Positions 1-13,300 of a DNA stretch of 64,000 bases are shown piece by piece. The notes under the pieces were generated by a model. It worked only from the letters and a program-made list of their open reading frames with translations. It was not told where the DNA came from and did not search any database. A program made the position numbers and the translations under genes. How positions within the stretch are numbered: position 1 is the stretch's first letter; the number at the start of each line of letters is the position of its first letter. Origin of the DNA: Thalia democratica (taxonomy: Eukaryota); contig OZ241829.1 of the NCBI GenBank assembly GCA_965202585.1, positions 84,072,001 to 84,136,000 of the forward strand, given 5' to 3'.

Positions 1-534
1 GGGCTAAAGCCTCAGGTGGGTCAGGTTGACTTTCTATGGGTAGATTGTCAACCTGACCTTTTTGTTCATACTTTACTTGCAAGTGGGGTGACCTTCTAAC
101 AGGCTTATGTTTAGGACCCGCTGCGGACAACTTATCTAAGTTGGACATAATAACTACTTTAAAGTGCTAACTTGTAAATTATCAGTAGACACCTGGGACG
201 TAGCTAGCTCAAAAAAGTTACGAATCTGCAAAAATTAAAATATCTGAATAAACACGTGCTAGCGGGAACATAGAAATTTAAACTACCTCTAATGTTATTG
301 AACTTAATCTGAAAATATGCAGTTATGTTAATACATCAAAAATGGAATGTTGAGGTACGAGTGATAACTGTATACAAGGCAATTTAATTTGATCCACACC
401 CCCTATGACTCTTTATGTCTTGCCACTTGTGTAAACCAAGAAAACATTCATTAAACGGTAGGAATTTTTATAGGTAGTTTTAAATATTGGGTACTTTCAA
501 TTGCATCAATAATTCTGGTTCTATTGCATCAATA

Positions 535-800
535 ATTCTGGTTCTATTGCATCAGGATCCGTGCGATTGTGTAGTTCTGCAAACTAACTCACAATATCTT
601 GTCCAAGCTGTTTGTATTTCAGATTATATGGAATACAATATTTTGTCTAAGCTGTCTGCAAAATTTTTCATTGGATCTTTAATGCATAGAACTTTATTGT
701 GTTTGTCAAATATAATAAATATCCAGTGTTTCTGCACATTTACAAATCTATCTAAATCCTTGTCAGAGTCCAAAATTAACCAGTTTTTATCTTCATTAAA
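535..800 (-). pseudogene. Ulp1/C48 SUMO-protease-like fragments (two abutting pieces)
   Basis: The minus strand reads FVNVQKHWIFIIFDKHNKVLCIKDPMKN (His codon 726-728) and QLGQDIVS*FAELHNRTDPDAIEP. Homologous to 30524-30960. Confidence 0.65.
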
Positions 801-1699
801 AGGAATATTTCTATTGCTTTCCTCTTAAATTAACATTTTTTATTGTTTTTTACACTTGTTTCTAACTGAAAAATTTTACCGCTATCACTGCGACCATTTC
901 TTGTTCTCCAATTTTTATTGGTGTTTTGTTAATTTCGCTGTCCCGTTCTTGATAACTCAATTCTATTTTATTAATTTTAACTTTCCAAACAGTGTTACAT
1001 TCATTGACCGAGCACACTAAGGTAAGTGAATAGAATTTAGTTATAAGCTTATAGTACGTGCCTTTAAATGCATAACAATTGCAGTGCTTTATTTCAGGGT
1101 GGAATTTTTGTGTGACATCTGTAAATAAAAAAACACAAATATTTTAAACTTTATCTAAATTTAGATCATTAATGTGGCTGATATATTCTATACTTTTTAC
1201 TTTTGTATTATTCAAAGGTAATTTTGTTGTATAACATTTATCTTCTAATTATCTGTGTTAAAATATAAAATAAAACTTGTCTAGTTAAATAAATGGTGAA
1301 ATGTTAACAACTTTCATTTGCATCTGAACATTTAGACAAAGATAAGATATCATCTGTTATTAAAACCATATCATCTCCTTTACACTTTCTTATTGTCTTT
1401 GTAACAGTTTTTGCTAAGCTATCTGATCTATTTCTCCAAATGTATTTAACCTTTTACAATTTTTAAGTAGTTAACAATTATGGTTTAAATCAAAAGCAAG
1501 TTTATACAAAACAAAAACTTTCAAGTTCTTCAGGTTGCTGAGCTCCATGCGGTTCCTACTGTTAAAAAATTAATATATTAATCTACAATATATAAATACA
1601 AGTCGTGAAAGCTTTTTTGATTAATTTCAATAATAAACAACTGTTTTCAAAGTAGTGCATATTCTAAATAGAACATTAAAACTTCTTAGATCTTCTCTA

Positions 1700-2260
1700 T
1701 CTTTTCAAACCTATTCAATGTGCCTTGCACAAAATTTCTAAAATATATTTGAAAGTTTAAAATTAAACTTTTTCGTTTCGTATACCTTTTTTTTATTCCA
1801 ATTTTTTGTATTAAATTAGAAGGTCTTATTGGTGTATTTATCTAAGCTATGTAAAATCTCATTTTTGTTTATAATTCAAAAAAATCCCTACTCAAATATA
1901 CCCAGTGGTCACTAAGGTTTTATGACGTCATAATGTTTCTGCTTTCACCAGGGAGAATGTTTGTGATGATAATGTGAGCTTTTTTTCTCAGCTACTTTTT
2001 ATTTATATTACATTCAACAGGCATACTAATATTATTGACATTTATACTGTATTTTTGTTCAAGCCTCGCCTCCACAATGATTTTCACACAAAGATGCAAT
2101 TTTTCTCTTCAAATATTGATTCAAATATTCAATCTTTTTGGAGTTGTAGTATTTACCACACTAATAATAACAGTGTCCTTGTGCGAAAGAGCTCATGAAT
2201 GTTACTTCATTAATAATAAATTAAATTATTGTAAAAAATTTCTGTTTCTCATACAACGTA
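1700..2260 (-). mobile_element. Degenerate coding relic, possibly a LINE APE endonuclease; ~345 bp duplicated at 40645-40984
   Basis: AHIIITNILPGESRNIMTS.NLSDHWVY resembles the DHIITN...SDH end of APE domains. The duplication itself is clear. Confidence 0.35.
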
Positions 2261-5048
2261 ACCATCATCTTTAAGTTTAAGTAAAAACAAATTTAGTAAA
2301 AATATAAGTAAAAGGACAATGTCAAAAAAGAAAACACGGCTAAACTAGGAACCAGATCCATAGTCATACAAGTCCTGCCTAGTCAGGTCCATTGCAACTT
2401 TTTAACTCCCAGACCCATTAATACAGGTTAATTGTTATATTTTCTATTACATAAACTTATCATGTATGTAATATTCTATCAAAAGTATATACTATTAACT
2501 ATATTACTGATTTTCGTCTTAACTTGTGTTATTTTGTTTAAATTACTTTTTTACAAACAGTCTTCAAGTTATAGCTAAATAGTTCGCAGAAACTTGGGCA
2601 ATAAGATCCAGATTAAAGAGATTACTGCAACATTAATATAGGTATACTGTTTGTATTTTCTTTTAGTAATTGTACTAATGATATTAACTTTTGTGAGTAT
2701 TTGATAATTAAAGTATATTTATGTAATAAAATCTTTTATGAAATTTTAAATAATTGTTTTTGAAATGTATTTTTAATACCTTGATATCTCAAGTCTTTAA
2801 TTGAAAAAAAAGGACTTATTAACAAAATAACTGGAAAGCTGTTATTAAACTGAGTTTCTTTTATTTTCACTATCTTTTAAAACAATTTTGAGAAAAATAA
2901 TATTTTCAAATATTTAAATGAAACTTGTCTCTACATCGTAAAAACATTATTTTTCAAGTTTAATCATTAATATCTATTAATTTTAAATTAAGTTTTTCCT
3001 TAAAAATTAAAATTAAAAAACAATTTTATTGTACGTGTAGTTAAGTTTAACCTTTATATACTGTTATTAAAAACTTGAAAAATTTAAAATTTAGAACACC
3101 TAACACCTAAATTTAATTTAAACATAAGTATACATTAATTTGAAAATGTATTAAAAGCTTTCCAAGTTTTTAGCAGTAAAAGTTTATTAATCAATATTTC
3201 TTTAACAGGTTTAAGTCCAAATCAGTAATTCTCAAGAGACCAATGAAAGTTATGATATGTTTTACCGTTTGTTATATTAATTTTAATTTACGATTTTCTT
3301 ATCTTTTTTAAACACTTGGTGTGTTAAAAACTTGCTTCTGTGTTAACAAATCATTGAATTTTAATAAAAATTGTTTATAAAAATATTTAATTTAATCAAT
3401 TTCGTGTATGAAAATTTTTTTCTTTATTAATAGTAACCTATCATTACTGCAATTGTTTTTTGTACAATTTTTTTTTTTAATACATTAAAATATTAGTAAA
3501 ATCCACAAATAAATTTTTTAACCATTGTGTATTGTTTTACGTTGAACTATTAATCAAACTTAATAAATCTCTATGAATATTTATACGCTTACTACAAAAC
3601 TTTTTCATATTGTTAAAAATAGTTTTAGTATACATATTTTGACTCAGTATTTGTATAAACAAAGATTCCAACAAACTTAGTTAATTTATCTAAATTTAGT
3701 CAAAAGAAATTAAAATTTAAACTTAAAGTAAAGTTACATAACAATAAAACATTTTTTTTTAAATGTGTTTTATGTATTTATTATTTTATAAAGATGATTA
3801 TTGAAAGACTTGATATCTTCATTGTGAGTTCATTTTATTAGAATCAGGATTCAGGTATATTTTCGTCTTTGAAATTTTTAAGTCAACTTTTCGAAATTTC
3901 GTTTTTAACTTTCGAATTATGATAGATACACTAAAGTTTAATATTTTAATTTTCATTTAATAAAAAACTTGGAAAAGTTTGTTAAGACACTCCATAGATT
4001 ATAAAAACTTTATTCTTAGTTTTTATATTGTTTTATTTTTAAGGTTTATTTATATAACCCTGTTATTGTAGTATTGTAGCTAAAACACGACTATTACTTT
4101 TAAAATGGTATTAAATTGATCATATTATTCCAAGGATAAAAAATCTTTATTCCTAGTAACATAGTTTATAATTATTCATTAAACTAGTACTTAGTTTTAA
4201 TATTAGGCTATGTTATTCTAACACGTCTACTTATGTTTTTAGTAGAAATACGAACTTATACTATATATAAAAGCCGTAAATTGTTTAACTTTTATGTCAA
4301 GTTTAAGGTAGGAGTATAAATGATTTATATTAAACTATGTTGTTGTACATGAGTATTTAAAACAAGTAAACTTTAATAATTAAAATTAAATTTGGGAGTT
4401 TTTTTTACATAACTATACTTTAAATATTAAAAACATTTTATACAATAGTTTGAAATATATATTAAGTTTATGTACTTAAGTTGAATATAAAAACAGTAGA
4501 GTACATACTTTAATTATTTCAAGTAAAACTAATTAAAGTATGTTATTGAAAGCGTGTTATTTGTTCATTTTTAAGACAGTGGAAGCAATATTGTACTCAT
4601 TACAATAATTTTGTTATACCTATAAATTATTATCTACTGTCTTAACAAAGGAGTTCTCATTCTCTTTGACACTGGAAAAAATAAAAAACGGTTTTAAATC
4701 TAGTTCAAGTAAGTAATGAAAGACATTATTAAAAGAATAATTAAATTTTTTGTGAGTATAATAAGTTATAAGATTTTTTATGTTATTTAACTTTATTTTT
4801 GACTTTTTCTTTTTAGTTTAAAGTGAATCATATATTTATTCATTTAAAGCATATATTGAGTTGATTTGCCTTATTTAATACTTTTTAAAAATTTAAGTTA
4901 AATTGTTATTTGATTAATATTGTTTTCTATTTTTTTTTTAAGTTGATTATAACCTTATAAAGTTGTTATAGTTATTTTTAAACTGGGCTTACCACTATTC
5001 TTAGAACTATTTTAAGTATATATTGATCGAGATAGATGGTCAATAAGT

Positions 5049-6520
5049 ATTGTATCAAAATAACTGTTAAATATAAAGACCGAATAGATGAGATAAAAGT
5101 TTTGTTATAAAAAAAAGTATTATCAATAATTCAAAACATTTGTCCCTGATAGTAGTCCTTAAAACTAATTTTTGAAATGTTGAAAAGTTTACATCTTAAA
5201 CAAATGTTTTAAAGTTTAGTCATTTGAAAGAAGCCAGCTTCAAGATAACATCTAAAAAAGTGTTTAATGAGTATATATGTTATAAGTATATTTTAATTTT
5301 CATCTGTTATATTATTTACACTAACATATTTATTTCTATTCTATTCAAAAATTAAAACAAAATAATTTTAAAACTAAGTATACTATTTTTCTAGCGTTTA
5401 GTTATAGTTGTAAAAAAAACATGCAAAATAGAAATTAGTATTATTATACAATGGTCTTAGACACAAAAAATCTATTGTATAGATTAAAAAAGTGTGAACA
5501 TAAAGAATATTATAAAAAAACACATTTACATAGATTTGAAATACCTTTTTTATGCCTTCCTACTATTTCACACAGTTTTATACATTAAACTTGGATTTGA
5601 ATTAAATTAAGACACTAAAACGTTTAACTTTTAAATACTGAAAGAATTTTTGAAAACCTTGAAAAAAATTGCCAAAAATACTTGGCAACTGTGATTGTAT
5701 CAAAATAACTGTTTAATAAAAAGACCGAATAGATGAGATAAAAGTTTTGTTATAAAAAAAAGTATTATCAATAATTCAAAACATTTGTCCCTGATAGTAG
5801 TCCTTAAAACTAATTTTTGAAATGTTGAAAAGTTTACATCTTAAACAAATGTTTTAAAGTTTAGTCATTTGAAAGAAGCCAGCTTCAAGATAACATCTAA
5901 AAAAGTGTTTAATGAGTATATATGTTATAAGTATATTTTAATTTTCATCTGTTATATTATTTACACTAACATATTTATTTCTATTCTATTCAAAAATTAA
6001 AACAAAATAATTTTAAAACTAAGTATACTAGTTTTCTTGTGTTTAGTTATAGTTGTAAAAAAAACATACAAAATAAAAATTAGTATTATTATACAGTTAT
6101 CCTAGACACAAAAAATATATTGTATAGATTAAAAAATATTTTTTCAATGCCTTCTTACTATATCACACAGTTTTTTTACATTTAACTTGAATTTAAATTA
6201 AAATTATACTTTAAAACGTATAACTTTAAAATACTTTAAGAGTTTTTGAAAACCTGGAGAAAATTTTATATAAATACTTTGCAACCGTGACTGTATCAAA
6301 ATAACTGTTTAATAAAAAGACCATATAGATGATATAAAAGTTTTGTTATAAAAAAAAGTATTATCAACAATTTAAAACATTTTTCCCTGATAGTTGCCCT
6401 TAAAACCAATTTTTCAAATGTTTAAGAGTTTACATCTTTAATAAACGTTTTAACTTTTAATCATTTTGAAGAAGCCAGCTTAAAAATAACATCTAAGAAT
6501 TTGTTTAATAAATTTATCTG
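5049..6520. repeat. Local tandem duplication, ~600-645 bp unit, ~2.4 copies
   Basis: The motif a(t/c)tgtatcaaaataactgtt restarts at ~5049, ~5694 and ~6290. Copies 1 and 2 are near-identical over the first ~340 bp. Confidence 0.9.
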
Positions 6521-7224
6521 TTTTCTGCTGAAATAATTATCGACCCTGATAGGCTAAATTGCTGCAAAAGGCCCGATTATGATTATTTTAGAAACCCTGG
6601 TTTAAACTACCACTGTTAAATACACCAAATATATATTTAACTTATTTAAGCTACTAATTATTTTTAATATCTTCTAAAAGGCTAAGAGAAATTTAAACTA
6701 GATTATATAATTAGTTTTTAGTTTTATTTACACAAGAACTTAACTGTTAGACCATTTTAATTAACAATTAACTTAAAATGACCCAATATAGTTTTGTAAA
6801 AATGTTAATTTAAATATGTTTATCACTTTTAATGCTTTTAAAAAGATAGCTTCATGGAAAAATTGTTTTTGTTAATTGTAAAAAGGTTTCATAAAAACTA
6901 TTATTTTAGATGTAAAGATCTCAAACTTTTTAACTTTACGTTTTTTATTATATATTTTGTAATCTCATAAGTTGCCTTATTATTGAGTAAAATAAATCAT
7001 GATCTTATGGAACTACTAAGCAGAATGTATATAAACTTTGTAATTAAACATTTAGTAAAACAAACTAAGTTAGTTAAAATAATATAAATGGTATAAACTC
7101 TTTAAGTAGTTTTTTATACTTAAATATTTCATTACGACAAACGTACTCATTAATTTTGTTGCCTCAAAATTTATTATTATTTAAATTTTTTAGATTTTTA
7201 AAAGTAATAAAACAAAACTTGATT

Positions 7225-7318
7225 ATGAGTCCGAACCAAAAACAGACTGATTTCAATGTCGAAAATGATGTTAATGAAAAAAAAGCAACTAAATCAACAA
7301 ACTCTAAAATGTTTTCAG
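7225..7318 (+). CDS. PAPOLA: PAP candidate first coding exon (MSPNQKQ...KMFS)
   Basis: ATG at 7225 and a phase-1 donor G|GTAGTT that fits the next exon. Alternatives are an ATG exon at 7742-7769 or an 18-nt micro-exon at 7752-7769 (A|GTAAG). Confidence 0.45.
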
Positions 7319-10300
7319 GTAGTTCACTAAATCAACATTCATTCAACTATTGATTATTTCAATATAATGTATAATATTACAGTTAATAATGTCTAAAAAT
7401 TAAATTTATGTTTCGTACAGTAGTTTCATTCTTTAAAAGTTTGTTATTTTATTTTATAGCATTGCGCACAACTTGGTTTAAATCTATGTGTTTTTGTGAC
7501 GGTTGTAATCGTTATACAATGAAAAGTAATTTATATTATGAAAAACATTTTAAAAGCGAACAGAAAAAGTTAAAGTACAAAATTTATTTTGGTTTTATAA
7601 AAATAAAAAGTTTTGGTTAGTATGGTCTGTGACTTATTTTTATTCTTGTAAAAGTTTATTTGAAACATAAACTGAGCTTTTTTGAAATATGTTTTAGTAC
7701 AAAGTTGTTTTTAAATACTTTCTGTCTGTTTATTTTGCGAGATGACTACAGAAACTGCTTTTAAGAAAAGTAAGAAAACTGGCATAAAGTATACAACAAT
7801 CGTAAAGTAATAATATTCAATGAAATATAAAAAATCTACTTATTTTATGATAATTAATTTATTGCTAATTAAATACACAGAGCTAGACTCACTACAAACT
7901 AAGCAATTGTGCAAGCATTTGAGATCAACTTCGGTGTTTGAAGATAAAAAATCAACTGAAGCTAAAACAGTTATATTGCAAAAACTCAATAAAACATTAG
8001 TAAAGGAGTTTGTGAAAGACATGTCAAAGAAAAGGGTTAGTTTTTTGATTAAAAATTATTTTTTAATAAATAGTTTTCAGACTTGTTTCAAGCGCATTGT
8101 CATCAATTCCATATACTATTTAAGGTGTTTTAAAACATTATAACTATAAAGTGTTAAGTATCTTGTCTAAGTACTTGACTATTAGCTTTCGTCACTTCTA
8201 AAGGTAACTTTTAGATATTTTTTAATTTCAAATACTTGGTATATTTTCTCTTAATACAACCTTCTTGTTTCCCTAACAGATCACAACAGAAAGCTCAGAG
8301 GAGCCAATTGAAGGAAAATTGATACCGTTCGGTTCGTTCAGGATGGGAGTTTCAGGTAAAAGTTCAGATATTGACGCCATTCTCGTGGTGCCGAAGCACA
8401 TTTGCAGGAAGGACTTCAACACAGAGTTCTTACAAATGCTCGAAAAAAGACCTGAAACCACCTCGATCACTGTAAGTTGTTATTAAAAAGTTTTACTATG
8501 AACAATATAAAAAGGTTCTAATTAAACAGTTTAATTTCATATTTCTTAAAATTGTTTTTTAACTATGAAGTAAAACAAATGAATTAACAATTAAAATAAT
8601 TGATCCAATATGAGTAAAATTAGATAAAAGTTATTTTTATTTTAATTAAAATTTAAAATTAATCACTAGAATATTTTTTGACTTATAAAAAATTAATACA
8701 TTAAAACTTTAACAGCTTTTAGCAAGTGCTTTTGTGCCAATTATAAAGACTGTGTTCGACGGAATTGAGGTTAGATAGTTTGTTTGAATTTATTTAAAAA
8801 GTTATAAATTGTTAATATATTAAACTACTTTCATATATAAAAAAATAATTGAGAACTTTACTCTAATTAAAATCGTTTTCATTTTTAAAATTACATAGTT
8901 TTATAGTCTTTTTTTAAATTTTAATAATCTGAGACTTGTACAAAGTAATTAACAAACTTTACTACTTTTTTTCATTTTTTATTTCGTTGTAATACAAAAA
9001 ACGATTAAACTTTTCATGGAATTAAACTTTTGTATTGCATTTTCATAATAACTATAATTTTACAGCTTGATATCCTGTTTGCGCAAACTGACAAAACCAC
9101 GATAAGTGATAATTTGAACCTTAAAAGCAACGAAGTATTGACTGAAATGGATAAAACGTGCGTCAACAGTCTAAACGGACTGAGAAACACTGAAGAAGTA
9201 CTGAATCTTGTTCCCGACAAAGAACAATTCAGAACAACTCTGAGAGCAATCAAGCTATGGGCTAAAAGTTTGTACTTTATATAAAAATTTAGTAATATTA
9301 GGTCAATTGAGGATTAAAATTTGAATTTTATACAAAATTAGTAGTAATAAAAATAAAAAGGATTAAATTAAACCAAGTTTTCAAACTTTCAAACTCCAAA
9401 TATTAGTTCAAGCAAGGTATCAAAACACAACAAAATATTGATAAGTTATTATTTTTACTGTTTAGCTAGAATTTGTTGAATATACATGAAGTATATTTCA
9501 GTTTGCACATTTTTTTCGTTTAAAGAAAGTAATTTTATAACAAAAGCAAGGTGGTATGTTAGCTACATGTTAAAAAAAATTCTTATTTATTTTCAAATTT
9601 AATAATCAAATAAATTCAACATAATATTTTTTTCTATATATAACAAAAATTTATAAACATATACATTTAGCTACAAAAAAAAAAACTTTAAAAAGCAATA
9701 TGTAAATAAATGTATTAATATTACACAGACAGAGGAATATACAATAATATGATGGGATACTTAGGAGGTATTCAGTGCGCTATGCTTGTAGCGAAAATTT
9801 GCATGAGTTTTCCAAACGCTGCTGCTAATGTACTCTTGTTTCAATTCTTTAACATCTTCAGTAATTGGTGAGAAATTTAAAACAATTCATTTTATAGTTG
9901 TTCATTTAAACAAACCTTAATTTAAATAGTAACTTTGTTCATATATTTTTACAAATAATAAACTAATGTGTTTAATGGGTTTTTTTAGATGTTTTCAAAA
10001 CGATTAGAATTTAAAATAAACTCAAATAATGGATAATTCAAACTTTAAGTTCTTCTAAAACTTATTAACATTATTCAAAGATCAGGTACTATCATAGTAT
10101 TTACTGTATGATTTTTTATTTGGTCGACATTTTACTAGTACAAATATAACAGGAAATGGCCAAGACCTTTACTTTTGAAAGAATTAAAAGACGAAAATTT
10201 GGGTTTCAAAGTTTGGGATGGGTTTGAGGGGGTTTTGCCCATAATAACACCCGCCTACCCCCAAATAAACTCCATGTACAACGCTAGCCACTCATCGAAA

Positions 10301-13300
10301 AAAATTATTTTAAAGGTCAGTTTTAAAGTTCGAGAACTATAATATAAAACAATTTCAGACGTCCTATCTATAGATATAATTCTGTTGATAGTTGTTTGTG
10401 TGTAAATAATCTACAAATATGATTTTAATTGATTCTGTATGATCATATATAAATACATTTTACTAAAAAAAGTGTAATGTACAAATTTGTATTTTATTTT
10501 AAAAATTATAAATTATCACAATTAAAAAATTAACAAAGTTTGACCATTTTAAATTTATTTGCTTTAATAGTAAATTCTACAACCAGCACAACACGTCTAT
10601 ATTTATAAAAACTTCATAAAGCATTTTAAATACAGGAATTCAAAAGAGGACTTGAAGTAGTAAAAGAAATATTATTAACACAATCTAATTGGAAAAAACT
10701 GTTTCAAAAAGCAGATTTTTTTACCAACTATAATCACTTCATTGTCATCAATATATCTGCTAAGGATGAAAAACGTTTTGAGTCTTGGTAAGATTTCGTA
10801 TTTTTAAGAAAAATATTTATGCGAAAATACTTAACATTAAAAAAACTAATGCAAGATTTTAAGGGTGTTGTCTAAAAATAATTTATAACTTAACGTTTGT
10901 TGTTTGTAGAGTTCTTACTTTGATAAACTTATTTCGTAACATATACAACCATCTACTTTATTTAAGTGTTAATATAAAATCACTGACCTTATGCTTTAAT
11001 TAATTAAATGATATGAGTTGTAAGAATGAAATAAAATTAAATATTAAATCATTTTAATCTTATAGTTATGTATTTTCGAAGGAAAAAAGTAATTTTACAA
11101 AAAAAAAATTGTTACAGGAAAGGATATGTAGAATCAAAATTGAGGACTATAGTATACTACTTGGATGAGTTGCATGATATAGTCGACGAAGCTCACATTA
11201 ATTTGCATTGCAATCCTACGTCTTACGATAAAGAGTTTGTTTATTTCTTTTAGCTTTATTATTATTTAACGGTTTTTTTAACTTTAAAATACTAACAGTA
11301 GTTTTTCAACAACACGAAGAAAAGTATAAAGTCAAAAATTTAATAAAAAAATAAAAATAAATTTGTAGTTTTTTATTACATTAAGTATATAGTTTGAGTT
11401 TATTAAAGCTAGAAGAAAAATGTTAGAAATCTAAAGGAATAATTAATTATTAGTTCTGGATGGCAGTCAAAGAAATGGTTTATGGGAATCAGGTTCAAAA
11501 AAGGGATAAATCTTGCGCGTGTAATAAAAATCTGCATGCAAAAAATTACTTCCGGTTACAAAAGAACCAATGAAAACGGCGGAACTGAGTTTTACGACCC
11601 GTGTCAAGTGAAGGTTTGTTGGTAAAATATTCATTTTGTGTTTTAACATACTTCAGCTAATAATAAACTTTGCTAGTCTCAATGCTTATTAAGAATAAAA
11701 ACTAGTTTTTTTAATTCGGTTATTTTCAGTATTGCTAAGATGTTTTCATAAAGTAAAAAAATATATCACTAAACTGCATGAATATCAGAAACATTACCCA
11801 CTATAGACTAAATTGTTGGTTTTGTCTTATAAATGTAGATAAGGTAGACATCACAAGAAACTTAACTTAACTGCAAGGCTTAAATTTACAGCACAGCTTG
11901 TATAGAACGCTTCAACTAAAACAGTACTACTATTTAAACTCGGTCTAACACTTTTACTGACAATTTTTCAGGCGTTGAGCTCTTATGATAGCTAACATTT
12001 TTTTTATTTTTGACTAATAAAGGTTTCAACATCAAAGTACTCGAAACCATTAGGTTTAAACGCTTCCAATGAAAGTTTTAATTACTTTATGCCAGATAAT
12101 GAGTTCTTATAAATCGAAACCAGGGTCGGAATATAGATTTTAATGGATCGTTTATTTTTATACATACATAAATACGTTTTAAATTTTTATTCATTTCTGA
12201 AAAAAAAAAATTTATGACAATTATCACAAACAGATCAGATGTGATCAATGTAGAAAAGAACAAATTAGAGATCATTTACCTGAAGAGATTGCTAAAAAAG
12301 TAGAAATTATCAACGAAAATGAAGTATGTTTTAATTTAACTTTTTTACAATCATTTATATATAATAAAACAAACCATTGTTTTTCATACGTTTTCTTGTA
12401 GTTTTTCTACTAAAAACTTTCATGAGATCTAGTAATTTCTTATAGAGTAAAGTAACCGCCTCAAAACTTATAAAATTGAATTTATATATTGTGATATGCC
12501 AAACAAGTTTAATAAAAAACTAGTGAACTTTTTTGTCTAAACAAACTATACTACCTAGGGTGAAAACAATTCTCCAACTTCATTACTTGAAGTGAAAAAG
12601 TCTTTCGAAGAATACTTAGAGCTAGTTGAAGCCAGCAAGTCTGAAGAGGATAAACCAGGCAGTCCTACCAAGTTGAAATCATCTCCACAAAATGATAACT
12701 CACCTGTTCAAGCTCCTTTGAAACGTGGAAGTCTTGATGCTACGGAAACCAGTCAAATATCAACTGTGGTTAGCAACAGTGTACAGGTCTCTAACAACAA
12801 TGTGAATGGCAACTGTGTACAGATCGCTAACAACAATGTTGGTAGCAACAATGTACAGATCCCTTACAACAACGTATCTGCATTTAAAATCAACCCAAGC
12901 TATGTTCAACAAAAACAAATGGTTGGTTTTTTGTTATTTAAAAGATTTTTAACATCATTGTATGATTATTTTTAGATTTTAACAAACGTATTTAATGTTT
13001 CAACTTTTTCAATCGCTTTCAAAGGCTAACATGAAACTAGAAATCCTTACAATTTGTTTACAGCATTTTAATTACTTATATTACTGTTTAGTCAGTTCTT
13101 TTTAACGCTGCCCTTTCCTATGCTAAGTTATTTATTCAAATAATTACTTATACAGGTAAATGAAGAGCAAGTTTTGTACCAGCAGCAACTGCATATGTTG
13201 CAAAAACAACAACAACAATTGCAGAACTTCTTCAGAACCGTGCCTCCACCAAACTACAACCAACGTAAAATGGATTATTTTTATGATAGTGAGGAAGGTA

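Noticed and set aside
487-828. Plus-strand 113-aa ORF
   Set aside because: It is an antisense shadow of the Ulp1 relics and spans module junctions.
2330-3260. Short AG/GT-bounded GC-richer segments upstream of PAP
   Set aside because: They give no coherent reading frame. They may be non-coding exons, which cannot be supported from sequence alone.
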